Shown here piece by piece: positions 16,417-26,003 of a stretch of DNA of 64,000 bases. The stretch spans positions 310,001 to 374,000 of the IMG/VR virus record IMGVR_UViG_3300046660_000488, one strand, 5' to 3'. Positions within the stretch are counted from its first letter, which is position 1. Each line of letters begins with the position of its first letter. A model generated the notes under the pieces. That model did not search any database and was not told the DNA's origin. It was given only the letters and a program-made list of their open reading frames with translations. The translations under genes were made by a program, and so were the position numbers.

Positions 16417-17522
16417 GTTGACGGGTTGAACTCGATCTCGGTTTCCCATTCGTGCTGGCAAGCCGTGCACGCCACGTGGATAGCCTTGTCGATGCCCTTG
16501 GTGTTGATCTCGCGCAGCTTGGCTTCGAGCTTGGAGGTCATTGACCGGCCGACGTTCTGGATGAAGCGGCCAATGGCCCCACGATCCGTCACGGTGGCTT
16601 CCGGGGTAACCAGCGCCACGATAGCCCCGATCATCGCGTTGGATTGCAGCGACGACAGGCGACGGAACGCGCGGTTACGAGCAGCAGAAATCTGAACCTC
16701 GTCGCCGGATGCTTCCGCGATCTGTAGGGATCGACCTTCCTCGTAGCTGGTCAGCGTGATGGTCGTCACCGTCTCCAGCGTATAGGGCTTGACATAGGCG
16801 GTAAGGCCCGGAGCCAGTTCGACCGGGTTCTGCTGATCTACATAGGTCATCGAGCCCATGACGGACGGCAGGTGGCACTCGAACGTGTGCTCGGCGCCGC
16901 AGGACGGGCAAGCAACCTCGATCTCCATGTTGTCGCCATACGATGCGGCGCGGATGGCCAGCAGCAGGACGTCAAGGTCCGGGCTCGACACGGCGCGCGG
17001 GTTTCGGATCGCCGGGACGCACGACTTCAGAAGTTCCTCGATAGCGTATCCGCTCATCAGGGCGTCGGGGTTCTTCATCAGAAGCTCGTCCTGAGCCCGC
17101 ATCGGGAAGATCGGCACTTCGTGGTTCAGGGCCGGGTTGTAGTCCCGTTGATCGAAGAACGCGCCACGGGTCGGGAGCATCACCGTCAGGCCGGGCACGC
17201 GATAGAAGCGCGCCAGCGGGTCGATGGCCGCCTGTTGAGCCTGATCCAGCGCGGCCAGTGCTTCAGCCGGAGACGTGAAGGGCTGCTCGCCGAACGCTGG
17301 GAACGACGGCGGAGCGCCCATGCCCGGAGGCGGAGCGAACGCTTGGGGCGCGGGCTGCGTGAACTCGGTCCGATGCTGCGGTTGCGGCTGTTGGACCTGT
17401 TGCGGACGCGGCGGCGGGATGTGAGGCGCGGCCGGGCGCTGCATGGCTTGGAACGGATGGGGCGGCGGAAGATCACCGTCACCGTAGTTCTCGTTGAATT
17501 CGTCGTCGGGGAATTGCGTCAT
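16395..17522 (-). CDS. T4 gp26-like baseplate hub assembly protein with Pro/Gln-rich N-terminus
   Basis: LARFYRVP...LPTRG...PIFPMRAQDELLMKNPDALMSG...SCVP; CPSC and CTAC pairs. Confidence 0.75.
   Translation of the reverse strand: MTQFPDDEFNENYGDGDLPPPHPFQAMQRPAAPHIPPPRPQQVQQPQPQHRTEFTQPAPQAFAPPPGMGAPPSFPAFGEQPFTSPAEALAALDQAQQAAIDPLARFYRVPGLTVMLPTRGAFFDQRDYNPALNHEVPIFPMRAQDELLMKNPDALMSGYAIEELLKSCVPAIRNPRAVSSPDLDVLLLAIRAASYGDNMEIEVACPSCGAEHTFECHLPSVMGSMTYVDQQNPVELAPGLTAYVKPYTLETVTTITLTSYEEGRSLQIAEASGDEVQISAARNRAFRRLSSLQSNAMIGAIVALVTPEATVTDRGAIGRFIQNVGRSMTSKLEAKLREINTKGIDKAIHVACTACQHEWETEIEFNPSTFFEQGS
16410..16416 (-). promoter_or_regulatory. candidate -1 frameshift heptamer T TTT TTC
   Basis: In frame in gp26-like gene; AGGCTC-CT-GAGCCT hairpin starts 5 nt downstream. 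Confidence 0.55.
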
Positions 17523-17557
17523 GGGGAGTAAACACCCTCTAAATTAGTTGTCAGCAG

Positions 17558-17564
17558 TATTTAG
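17558..17564 (-). promoter_or_regulatory. late promoter motif CTAAATA
   Basis: Upstream of gp26-like gene. Confidence 0.6.
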
Positions 17565-17595
17565 AGAGGCAGAAAAGTCAGCAGTTAAATGGGCC

Positions 17596-17602
17596 ATAAA
17601 TA
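17596..17602 (+). promoter_or_regulatory. late promoter motif ATAAATA
   Basis: Upstream of tape measure gene. Confidence 0.65.
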
Positions 17603-17629
17603 ATCACATAACCAATAAATCCCAGTGAC

Positions 17630-20347
17630 ATGAGCGATATTACAGCACGCCAGATGGATGACCTCCTGTCCCAGTTGAAATCAGCAACTGGTGCATTTGG
17701 TAAAGCCGCCGACAAACTCAACGACACTGGGTCGTCGAAGAATGCTGCATCGAAGGCTGCGAAGGAGACGCTTGATCTTGAGGATAAGAAGCAAGGCTTC
17801 ATTTCCAAGAACATTCAGAGCCTGAAGCAGAGCACCCACGCACAAGACACCTTCGCCGAACGCATCGGGAAATCCTCGGGAATCCTCGGGGCTGCTTTGG
17901 GCGAGTTCGTCAATTGGTCCAAGGAAACGGTCTCCACCTACCGCGAAATGGTTCAGGTCGGCCAGACGTTCAACGGCTCGATGCTGGAAATGAGCAAGGC
18001 TGCGGCCGAGAGCGGCATGCCGCTGAAGGAATTCGCGGAAGCCATCAAATCCAACAGCCACGTCGTCGCCCAGCTTGGCGCGAGCGGTAAGTCGGGTAGC
18101 TTCGGCGACCTTCAGAAGAAAATTCGCATCGCCACTGAGAGCGCTGGTCTGTTCGGCCTGTCCGTCCAAGGCCTGACCGCGTTCCAAGGCGACTATCTCG
18201 AAATCCAGCGTCTGTCGAACGATCTCGATACGCGCGCCTCGTCGCGTTACCAGAAGACGATCATCGACTTGGCCAGTTCGGCTGGCGTGATGGCTCAGAT
18301 CACGGGTGAAGCACAGGATCAAATCCGCGAGAAATCAAAGGCTGCTCTAAGCGATTCTCTGGTCACCGCGACGCTGGCCCAAAACGCGCAGCGCGGCATG
18401 GGCGCCTACAACGACGCCCTCCAGAAAGCCGTTGTCGAACTGGCCGCGCAGCCGGGCATCGCCGGTACGATGCTGTCCAAGGGCATGGCCGACACCTTCT
18501 CCCACTTCGGCATGGCCTACATGACCGAAGCCGGTCAGAAATTCATTGAAGCCGGTGTCTCGGGAGCGTCGGACGTTCTGGGTGAAGCGGCGCGCCGCAT
18601 TTCGGCCGGTGAGGACGCCACGACCGTCAACATGCAGATGGTCAGCCAACTGAAGACGATGCTGTCCGATCCGCAGACGCGCGAATCTCTGAAGCTGCAA
18701 GCGGTCGCTGGCAACAAAGCCGCCGAAGAAATCCTCCAGCTTTCTGCTGACCTGAAAACCTATACCAAGGCCGACATCGCCAAGGCGAAGAACGATCAGA
18801 AGAACAAGGACATGATCACGCAGATCAGCCTTGCTGGTAAGAGCGTGTGGGATCGTCTGACTGGCGACTTCCTGACCGGGTTCCTGCAACCGATCACCGA
18901 AATCTTCAACGACCCCAAGGCCGTCGCCGAGTGGAAGACGACGTTCGAGGAGCTTGCCAAGCAGATTGAACCTCTGGGTAAGCAATTCGGTCAATTCGTC
19001 AAGGAAGTCTTCACGCCGGGGATGGTAAAGGACTTGGTGAATGGATTGGTCGCCACCGTCAAAACGGTCAAGGTCATCGGTGATCTTGGCTTCGGCCTGA
19101 CCAAGATCGTCTTTGGCTACACCAATTTCATCAGCAAGATCACCAAGCCGCTCGACGGTCTGCATAAGGGGCTCGGTGGTCTGGCTACGGGCATTGCTCT
19201 GGTCGCCACATGGTTCGCTGGCAAGAAACTGATCGGTGCGATCATGAAGGGCATGGGCCTTGGTGGTGGCAAGACCACGATCAAGGCGACCGTCGCCAAC
19301 ATCTTCGCGAACAAGATCACCGGCGGGCGGCGCGGTCGCGGCGGGCGCGGATCGGGCGCGGCCGGAGCCATGGGCGACGCTGCTGAGGAAGTGCTGGAAG
19401 ACACCGTCGAGGGCGGCGCTGGCAAGATCGGCCGTAAGCGTCGTGGCGTCGGCGGTCTGCTCAAGCGCGCCATGAAGGGTCGTGGAACGAAGGGTCTGAA
19501 GGCGTTCGCAAAGCGCGTTCCGGGCGCTGCATGGGATTTCGCCAAGAAACACCCCAAGGACTTGATCAAGGGAGCCGCGAAGGGCGCGGTTGTCGGCGCC
19601 GTCGTGGGCATCGCCACGGACATGGCCACCGAAGCGGTCTTGGATAAGCTGGGCGTCAAGGGCGACGACAAGAAAGCCGTGTCGGACATCACGAGCGGTG
19701 TGACCGGTGGAGCGTCCATGGGCGCGACCATCGGCTCGATCATTCCCGGCGTCGGAACGCTGGCTGGCGGCATCATCGGTGGCGCGGTCGGCGGCCTGAT
19801 CGGCGTGGCCAAGAACTTCAAGACCGTGAAAAAGTGGGTCGGTGATTTCGCCAAGGGCGCTGGCGACATGTTCAAGAACATGTGGGACTGGATCACCAAG
19901 GCCGAGTGGATGAAGCCGATCCTGACCATGCTGAAATTCAGCCCGGTTGGTCTGGCTTTCATGGGCACGAAGGCGCTCGCCGGAGCCCTCACCAAGCCGA
20001 AGGACTTGCCGGGCGGCACGCTGGGCGATCCTGATGGCGCGTCAGCCCCGCAAGCCAAGGCCGGTATCTTCGACCGCCTCGGCGATTTCTTCAAGCCGAA
20101 GGCTTCGGGCGTCAAGACCCCGCCGCCTCCGTCAGGCACGGGAACATTGGGCGGCGCTGATCGTCTTCGCAACAACCAGCAGTCCGGAAATGGTGGTCAG
20201 AACGTCTCGAACGCTGACCTTCTGAAGGAAATGAAGGCTGGACGAGAGGCGACTGAACGTCAAACGGCCATCATGTCACGCCTGCTGCAACAGTCGAACC
20301 AGTTGTCACAGAAGGGTATTTCGGCTTCGGAAATGAAGGGAATGTAA
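17630..20347 (+). CDS. tail tape measure protein
   Basis: 905 aa, Ala/Gly/Lys-rich helical protein with Gly-rich hydrophobic segments; next to chaperone and portal genes. Confidence 0.75.
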   Translation: MSDITARQMDDLLSQLKSATGAFGKAADKLNDTGSSKNAASKAAKETLDLEDKKQGFISKNIQSLKQSTHAQDTFAERIGKSSGILGAALGEFVNWSKETVSTYREMVQVGQTFNGSMLEMSKAAAESGMPLKEFAEAIKSNSHVVAQLGASGKSGSFGDLQKKIRIATESAGLFGLSVQGLTAFQGDYLEIQRLSNDLDTRASSRYQKTIIDLASSAGVMAQITGEAQDQIREKSKAALSDSLVTATLAQNAQRGMGAYNDALQKAVVELAAQPGIAGTMLSKGMADTFSHFGMAYMTEAGQKFIEAGVSGASDVLGEAARRISAGEDATTVNMQMVSQLKTMLSDPQTRESLKLQAVAGNKAAEEILQLSADLKTYTKADIAKAKNDQKNKDMITQISLAGKSVWDRLTGDFLTGFLQPITEIFNDPKAVAEWKTTFEELAKQIEPLGKQFGQFVKEVFTPGMVKDLVNGLVATVKTVKVIGDLGFGLTKIVFGYTNFISKITKPLDGLHKGLGGLATGIALVATWFAGKKLIGAIMKGMGLGGGKTTIKATVANIFANKITGGRRGRGGRGSGAAGAMGDAAEEVLEDTVEGGAGKIGRKRRGVGGLLKRAMKGRGTKGLKAFAKRVPGAAWDFAKKHPKDLIKGAAKGAVVGAVVGIATDMATEAVLDKLGVKGDDKKAVSDITSGVTGGASMGATIGSIIPGVGTLAGGIIGGAVGGLIGVAKNFKTVKKWVGDFAKGAGDMFKNMWDWITKAEWMKPILTMLKFSPVGLAFMGTKALAGALTKPKDLPGGTLGDPDGASAPQAKAGIFDRLGDFFKPKASGVKTPPPPSGTGTLGGADRLRNNQQSGNGGQNVSNADLLKEMKAGREATERQTAIMSRLLQQSNQLSQKGISASEMKGM

Positions 20348-20356
20348 GCGTCCACG

Positions 20357-20363
20357 CTAAATA
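20357..20363 (+). promoter_or_regulatory. late promoter motif CTAAATA
   Basis: Upstream of portal. Confidence 0.65.
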
Positions 20364-20393
20364 AGATCGCATATTTCCTCGAAATGGTTTGCG

Positions 20394-22193
20394 ATGTGGA
20401 CGAAACACTTCCGGAAAGTTGACCGGGCCTCTTATACTTCTGATCAACTTCCTGTACATGCGGGCGACAACTTCAATGGCGCGGCGACAAGCTCGAAATT
20501 TTCGAGCTTCTTGCCGGAGGTCTATGCTGGTCACCCTAACCGCATCCAGCGCTACTACCAATACGCTGAAATGGACCGCGACAGTGACATCGGCGCCGCG
20601 CTGAACACCATCGCCGATTTCTGCACCCAGTCGGAAGAACAGGCCGAAGAGCCGTTCATGATCAAGTTCGACGATGACGCCTCTGAAGCAGAGATCAACG
20701 TCATCAACACGAATCTGAAGGTCTGGGTCAAGATCAACAAGTTCCGTAGCCGTCTGTGGGAGATTTTCCGCAAGACGATCATGAACGGTGACCAATTCTT
20801 CCTGCGCGATCCCGAGACCATGGAATGGCTCTGGGTCGATCACTTCGCCGTGGAAATGGTCGAAGTCGATGACGCCAAGGGCAAGAAGCCGGACAAGTAC
20901 GTGATCCGTGGCCTCGACCTGAACCGTCAGGTCAAGTTCGCCACGCGCTCGGCCGACCCCACCCAGTATCGCAACCCCTTCGGCACGAGCCTCGTGCCCG
21001 GCGCTCGCGCGGCTCCGCCGCCTTCGTCGTCGGCCGGTGGCGCCAATGTGTTCCAGATGGCTGGCGGCGGTCGTGATGCTCGCCAGAACATGGGCGGCCA
21101 ACAGGCCAACGAACTCGTCGTCATCGAAGCCGAGCACATGATCCACCTTTCGCTGTCGGCGGAAATGGACGTCAACTGGCCGTTCGGCCAATCCGTGCTT
21201 GAGCCCATCTTCAAGACCTACAAGCAGAAAGAACTGCTTGAGGACTCGATCATCATCTATCGCGTCCAGCGCGCCCCCGAGCGCCGCATCTTCTACATCG
21301 ACGTTGGCGACATGAACCCGGTCCGGGCGCGTTCCTACGTCGAGCAAGTCAAGACCGACATCCACCAGCGTCGCATCCCCAACCGTACGGGCGGTGGTTC
21401 GTCGGTGATGGATGCCGCCTACAACCCCATGGGCGTTCTGGACGATTACTTCTTCGCCCAGTCTGCCAATGGTCGCGGCTCGAAGGTCGAAACCCTGCCC
21501 GGTGGTGAACTGGTTGGTGAGATCGGCGACTTGACCTACTTCACCAAGAAGCTGGCCCGTGGTCTGCAAATCCCGACGAGCTACATGTCCTTCGGCGACG
21601 ACAGCCAGCAGGCGACGTTCAATGACGGACGTCTTGGCCAAGCAGTCATCGAAGAATTCAAGTTCAACAAGTACTGCATGCGTCTTCAAGGTCTGCTTTC
21701 GCCGACTTTCGACACTGACTTCAAGTTCTTCCTGAAGAACAACGGCGTCAAGGAAGACCTGTTCGGCATCTTTGAACTCCGTTTTAACCCCCCGCAAAAC
21801 TTCACTAAATATCGCCAGATCGAACTCGACTCTGCACAAGTCGCTGTTTACCAGCAAATCGCCGACAACAAGAAGTTGTCGGAGCGTTTCAAGATGAAGC
21901 GTTACCTCGGAATGACTGACGAGGAGATTTTGGAAAACGAGCGCATGTGGAAGGAAGAGAACCCGACGAAGGTCAAGAAGGTGCAAGGCGCCACTTCGGC
22001 CGAGTCGGAGCCGGAAGGCGATCTGGCATCGGTTGGCCTGCGTATGCCCGGAGACGATGGCATGGGCGATCTCGGCGACGAAACGATGCCTGACGACATG
22101 AACGCAGATGGGGCCATGGCTCCAGACGCAGGCGCCGGGGCTCCGCCTCCTCCAGCCGGTGGTGACGCCGGTGGCGGCGGTCCTCCGCTCTAA
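20394..22193 (+). CDS. portal protein (T4 gp20-like)
   Basis: LLEDSIIIYRVQRAPERRIFYIDVG, DDYFF, GSKVETLPGG. Confidence 0.95.
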   Translation: MWTKHFRKVDRASYTSDQLPVHAGDNFNGAATSSKFSSFLPEVYAGHPNRIQRYYQYAEMDRDSDIGAALNTIADFCTQSEEQAEEPFMIKFDDDASEAEINVINTNLKVWVKINKFRSRLWEIFRKTIMNGDQFFLRDPETMEWLWVDHFAVEMVEVDDAKGKKPDKYVIRGLDLNRQVKFATRSADPTQYRNPFGTSLVPGARAAPPPSSSAGGANVFQMAGGGRDARQNMGGQQANELVVIEAEHMIHLSLSAEMDVNWPFGQSVLEPIFKTYKQKELLEDSIIIYRVQRAPERRIFYIDVGDMNPVRARSYVEQVKTDIHQRRIPNRTGGGSSVMDAAYNPMGVLDDYFFAQSANGRGSKVETLPGGELVGEIGDLTYFTKKLARGLQIPTSYMSFGDDSQQATFNDGRLGQAVIEEFKFNKYCMRLQGLLSPTFDTDFKFFLKNNGVKEDLFGIFELRFNPPQNFTKYRQIELDSAQVAVYQQIADNKKLSERFKMKRYLGMTDEEILENERMWKEENPTKVKKVQGATSAESEPEGDLASVGLRMPGDDGMGDLGDETMPDDMNADGAMAPDAGAGAPPPPAGGDAGGGGPPL

Positions 22194-22205
22194 GAGGACA
22201 GGCAA

Positions 22206-22451
22206 ATGAGAATTGACGAATTCGTAGATCAGAGAGACTTGGAAACGGCCATCTATGAACCGGCCGAAGACGAGTACAACAAGCGCCATCTGGACGACAC
22301 GCGCAAGCCCGTCCTGACGCTGGCGACGTTGAACCGCCTCAAGCGCATGCGCGCTCTGCGGAAGCTCGAAGCGCTGAAGCGCGAAGACCTGATCGCCGTG
22401 ATGTACGCAGCCCCGTCCGACGCGGGCGGCGGTGGCCTTCCCGGTTTCTAA
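22206..22451 (+). CDS. head-module hypothetical protein
   Basis: DDTRKPVLTLATLNRLKRMR; GAGG RBS; directly after portal. Confidence 0.7.
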   Translation: MRIDEFVDQRDLETAIYEPAEDEYNKRHLDDTRKPVLTLATLNRLKRMRALRKLEALKREDLIAVMYAAPSDAGGGGLPGF

Positions 22452-22636
22452 TACGATCCGGGGTTGGTGACCTTCAGGAGGTGGATCAGCCCCGGATTTT
22501 TCGTCTCGACGACAATGAAGTTGTCGCTGTGCTCCAGAGAGTAATCATCCCCATAACAAGCACTTTCGATGCGTTCGAGGATGCAAATCGCATCCTCTTC
22601 GCAGTTGTACGGTATTTTCAGGCGGAATTTCGTCAC
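22448..22636 (-). CDS. small hypothetical protein
   Basis: 62 aa; GTAAATA motif at 22669-22675 points into it. Confidence 0.4.
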   Translation of the reverse strand: MTKFRLKIPYNCEEDAICILERIESACYGDDYSLEHSDNFIVVETKNPGLIHLLKVTNPGSY

Positions 22637-22684
22637 AAAAAGTACCGGTTTTTGCAGTTATCGAAGGGTATTTACATCAGCATA

Positions 22685-22691
22685 CTAAATA
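22685..22691 (+). promoter_or_regulatory. late promoter motif CTAAATA
   Basis: Upstream of acidic core protein. Confidence 0.65.
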
Positions 22692-22741
22692 AAAACAGAT
22701 GCTTGAGCGGCGTCTAAAGCAACTATTTAAGGGAGAATACT

Positions 22742-23743
22742 ATGCGTTCCATTCTTGAACAGGCGTTTGATGCGCTGCTCAATGAGCAGCACGGCAAGGC
22801 TGAAGAACTGTTCCACAAATTCATGGTCGAGCGTGCTCGCCAAATCCATGAGTCGATCCGTCAGGGCGAAGACTATGTCCTCGAAGAAAACTGGCAGGAC
22901 GAACTGACGACTGAATCCTACTTCGGCGAAGAAGACCTCGATGGTCTGGACGGCGAAGAAGGTGAAGAAGGCGCTGAAGGCGGCGACGAAGGCTTCAGTG
23001 ATGAAGGCGACGATCTGGGCGCTGAAGGCGGCGAATTCGGCGCTGATGATGCGGCTGACGATCTGGGCGGCGACCTCGGCACTGAAGGTGGCGAAGAAGG
23101 CGAATTCGGCGAGCCGGAAGGCGACGACGCTTCGGTTGCTGATCGTCTGGACGACATCGAAGACACCATCGAGAAGTTCGCTGCTGAATTCACGGCGGCC
23201 ATGGACGCTCTGGCTGGCGGCGACGATCTGGGCGACGAAGACGACCTCGGCGCTGAAGGCGGCGAAGAAGACTTCGGTGCTGGCGAAGGTGAAGACGACG
23301 GCCTCGGCGCCGAAGTTGACGGCGCTGGCGAGTTCGGCGGCGAAGCACCGGAAGACGACATGGAAGACGGCGAAGATCAGCCGATGGAGAACGCCGAGTA
23401 CGACGACATGATGGAATCCATCATCGACGAACTCGAAAAGGTCTCGGTCACGCTGGACGACGGCAAGGAAATCGGCACGGGTTCGAGCTTCACGCAAGTG
23501 AAGACGGCCGCGATTCCGCAGAAGAGCCCGGACGCCCGTCAGGGTGGCGCGCCGATCAAGCAGAAGCGCGATGACCACAAGAGCTTCGAGCGCGAAACCG
23601 CTCCTTCGGTTGCCGACATGAAGAAGCGTCGCAACACCAAGGGCAAGGGCACGGAAGGCCAATCGTCGGTTTCGAAAGAAGGCGACAAGTCGGCTGAACT
23701 GAACAAGCTGGACTCGGAACAAAACACCAAGTCCCTGTTCTAA
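22742..23743 (+). CDS. highly acidic prohead core-like protein
   Basis: Long D/E/G low-complexity tract; sits between portal and protease like T4 gp67/68. Confidence 0.65.
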   Translation: MRSILEQAFDALLNEQHGKAEELFHKFMVERARQIHESIRQGEDYVLEENWQDELTTESYFGEEDLDGLDGEEGEEGAEGGDEGFSDEGDDLGAEGGEFGADDAADDLGGDLGTEGGEEGEFGEPEGDDASVADRLDDIEDTIEKFAAEFTAAMDALAGGDDLGDEDDLGAEGGEEDFGAGEGEDDGLGAEVDGAGEFGGEAPEDDMEDGEDQPMENAEYDDMMESIIDELEKVSVTLDDGKEIGTGSSFTQVKTAAIPQKSPDARQGGAPIKQKRDDHKSFERETAPSVADMKKRRNTKGKGTEGQSSVSKEGDKSAELNKLDSEQNTKSLF

Positions 23744-23769
23744 GTCTTAGAGCAGACCCAAAAGTCAAG

Positions 23770-23800
23770 AACCCCCAAGGAAACTTGGGGGTTTTTCTTT
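23770..23800 (+). terminator. intrinsic terminator
   Basis: AACCCCCAAG-GAAA-CTTGGGGGTT then T run. Confidence 0.85.
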
Positions 23801-23806
23801 GTCCGC

Positions 23807-23813
23807 ATAAATA
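23807..23813 (+). promoter_or_regulatory. late promoter motif ATAAATA
   Basis: Upstream of prohead protease. Confidence 0.65.
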
Positions 23814-23862
23814 CTTGACATGATTTTACGGGTGTTAGTGCCCTACTCTACAGGAGAACACC

Positions 23863-24501
23863 ATGTCTAAGTTTCTCACTGAACGCCTGACTTTCGACGA
23901 AGCCAATCTGACCATCGAACGACTGGTCGAAGGTGAAGGCGAGAACGCGAAGAAGTCGCTGTTCATGTCGGGCGTGTTCATTCAGGGCGGCGTCCGCAAC
24001 CTGAACCAGCGCGTCTATCCGGTCCACGAGATCAGCGGCGCCGTTGACAACATCAACGAGATCATCCGCAAGGGCGAAAGCGTCCTCGGCGAGCTTGATC
24101 ACCCGGAAGAACTGACGATCAACCTCGACCGCGTCACCCACATGATCACCAAGATGTGGATGGAAGGCAATACTGGCATGGGCAAGTTGAAGCTCATCCC
24201 GACGCCGAGCGGTGAAATTGCCCGCACGATGCTGGAAGCCGGTGTGAAGCTGGGCGTTTCGAGCCGTGGTTCGGGCAACGTCGATGAGAGCGGCCACGTC
24301 TCGGACTACGAGATCGTCACGGTTGACATCGTCGCCCGTCCGTCTGCCCCGAACGCTTACCCCAAAGCCGTCTACGAAGCAATGATGGGCCGTCGCGGGG
24401 CCGTCATCGAAGACCTCGCCCGTTCGGTCATCAACGATCCGAAGGCCCAGAAGCACCTGCACACTGAACTGCTTGGTTGGATCAACAACCTGAAGGCCTA
24501 A
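23863..24501 (+). CDS. prohead protease (T4 gp21-like)
   Basis: NLNQRVYP, GELDHP, LGVSSRGSG, DIVARPSAPNA. Confidence 0.95.
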   Translation: MSKFLTERLTFDEANLTIERLVEGEGENAKKSLFMSGVFIQGGVRNLNQRVYPVHEISGAVDNINEIIRKGESVLGELDHPEELTINLDRVTHMITKMWMEGNTGMGKLKLIPTPSGEIARTMLEAGVKLGVSSRGSGNVDESGHVSDYEIVTVDIVARPSAPNAYPKAVYEAMMGRRGAVIEDLARSVINDPKAQKHLHTELLGWINNLKA

Positions 24502-24525
24502 AAAGCCTGCGAAAACAACACAGAA

Positions 24526-24558
24526 TAGCCCCGCAAAATAATGCGGGGCTAATTCTTC
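24526..24558 (+). terminator. intrinsic terminator
   Basis: TAGCCCCGCA-N6-TGCGGGGCTA. Confidence 0.65.
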
Positions 24559-24609
24559 TCCGAAAATCGCGAAAATTCAGCCTTATTCGGAACGTTTTCA
24601 AACAGCCAC

Positions 24610-24616
24610 ATAAATA
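24610..24616 (+). promoter_or_regulatory. late promoter motif ATAAATA
   Basis: Upstream of scaffold-capsid operon. Confidence 0.65.
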
Positions 24617-24740
24617 TAGCAAGAGTCATTGATATACTTAAGCCTTTTGGATTCTATCCGGTTCGCTTGATTACTGTGGCTCCCGAAGTTCGGGGTAGGG
24701 AAACCTTCCCAATAATTTGAACCCAAGGAGAACTCATCCT

Positions 24741-25988
24741 ATGGATAAAACTCTCGCCAGCATTCTTGGGGCATCCGGTCTCTCTACGGAGATCGTTGAA
24801 AGCCTTCAAGAAGCCTTCGACAAGAAGGTGGCAGAGGCCCGCGCGGAAGCTGAACTGGCGATGCGCGAAGAGTTCGCTCGTCGTTATGAACACGACAAGT
24901 CTGCTCTGGTCGAAGCCATGGACCGTATGCTCACCACGGAAGTGGGAAAGTTTGCGGACCAGAACGCGGCACAGTTTGCCCAGTTCAATGAAGCACGGGA
25001 TGCGTTCCGTGCCGCAGTGAACGAAAGCCGCACCCACTACCAAAAGAAGCTCCGTGAGCACCTGTCCATGACGAAGCAATTCGCCAAGGAACAACTCATG
25101 AAGGAAGCGATGTCTTATCGCGCCGCCAAGAAGTCGCTTGCAGAAGCAAAGGCCTCGGCCCGCGCTGAACTGACCGCCTTCAAGGAAGCTGCTGTCAAGA
25201 CCCAAGCTGCTCGCATGAAGAAGATCGACGAATTCGTTGTCGCACAAGTCGGCAAGGAACTGCGTGAATTCTCTGAAGACCACCGCGCTCTGGTTGAAAC
25301 CCGCGTTAAGCTGGTTACCGAAGGTCGCAAGCGTCTGAAGGAAACTCGCGACGCCTTCATCAAGCAATCGGCCACCAAGGTCGAGCAGATGGTTACGGAA
25401 TCGCTGAAGAGCGAAATGAAGCAACTGCACGAAGACTTGGAGCGTAACCGTCAGAACACGTTCGGTCGCCGTATCTTCGAAGCCGTCGCCGCCGAATACA
25501 TGGCCTCGTATCTCGCCGAAGGCACTGAAGTCAAGAAGCTTCAGAGCATGCTCGAAGGCCAGACTGCCGAACTGAGCGAAGTCAAGACCAAGCTCGATGA
25601 AGCACAAAAGGGCGCCGACCAAATCCGTCGCAAAGCACATCTGGCCGAAAGCCGTGCCGAGCGTAGTCGAGTCATGGCCGAACTTCTCTCTCCTCTTCGT
25701 GGAGAGAAGCGCGTGGTCATGGAAGGCATGCTGGAGACTGTCAAAACCGACAACCTCCGTACTGCTTTCAAGAAACTTCTCCCGGTTGTCATGACTGAAA
25801 GCCGTCGTCCAGCAGCACAGGCCCCGGCCGGTGCACGGAAGCTGATGGAGAACCCCCAAACGCCTACGCGCGCCGTCACTGGCGACCGCGCTAACCGCAC
25901 GCTCTTCGAATCGTCGCAAGCCGAAATCGAAAGCGAAATTGATCTTGAACTCGCGAAAGTCGTCCGACTCGCCGGTATCCAGAAGTAA
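24741..25988 (+). CDS. prohead scaffolding protein (T4 gp22-like)
   Basis: Long coiled coil between protease and capsid genes; AAGGAG RBS; C-terminus VRLAGIQK. Confidence 0.8.
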   Translation: MDKTLASILGASGLSTEIVESLQEAFDKKVAEARAEAELAMREEFARRYEHDKSALVEAMDRMLTTEVGKFADQNAAQFAQFNEARDAFRAAVNESRTHYQKKLREHLSMTKQFAKEQLMKEAMSYRAAKKSLAEAKASARAELTAFKEAAVKTQAARMKKIDEFVVAQVGKELREFSEDHRALVETRVKLVTEGRKRLKETRDAFIKQSATKVEQMVTESLKSEMKQLHEDLERNRQNTFGRRIFEAVAAEYMASYLAEGTEVKKLQSMLEGQTAELSEVKTKLDEAQKGADQIRRKAHLAESRAERSRVMAELLSPLRGEKRVVMEGMLETVKTDNLRTAFKKLLPVVMTESRRPAAQAPAGARKLMENPQTPTRAVTGDRANRTLFESSQAEIESEIDLELAKVVRLAGIQK

Positions 25989-26003
25989 GAAGGAAACTAT
26001 TCA

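Noticed and set aside
20271-22289. 672 aa minus-strand ORF; similarly 26001-27650 (-), 35019-37124 (+), 58221-60593 (+) and many shorter ones
   Set aside because: Antisense shadows of well-supported genes (portal, capsid, clamp loader, PolB), expected with high-GC codon bias; no motifs or RBS
24620-24740. Structured leader before the scaffold gene (CCCGAA/TCGGG and GGGAA/TTCCC hairpins)
   Set aside because: Stems are only 5-6 bp in a GC-rich genome and match no motif I recognise; too weak to call
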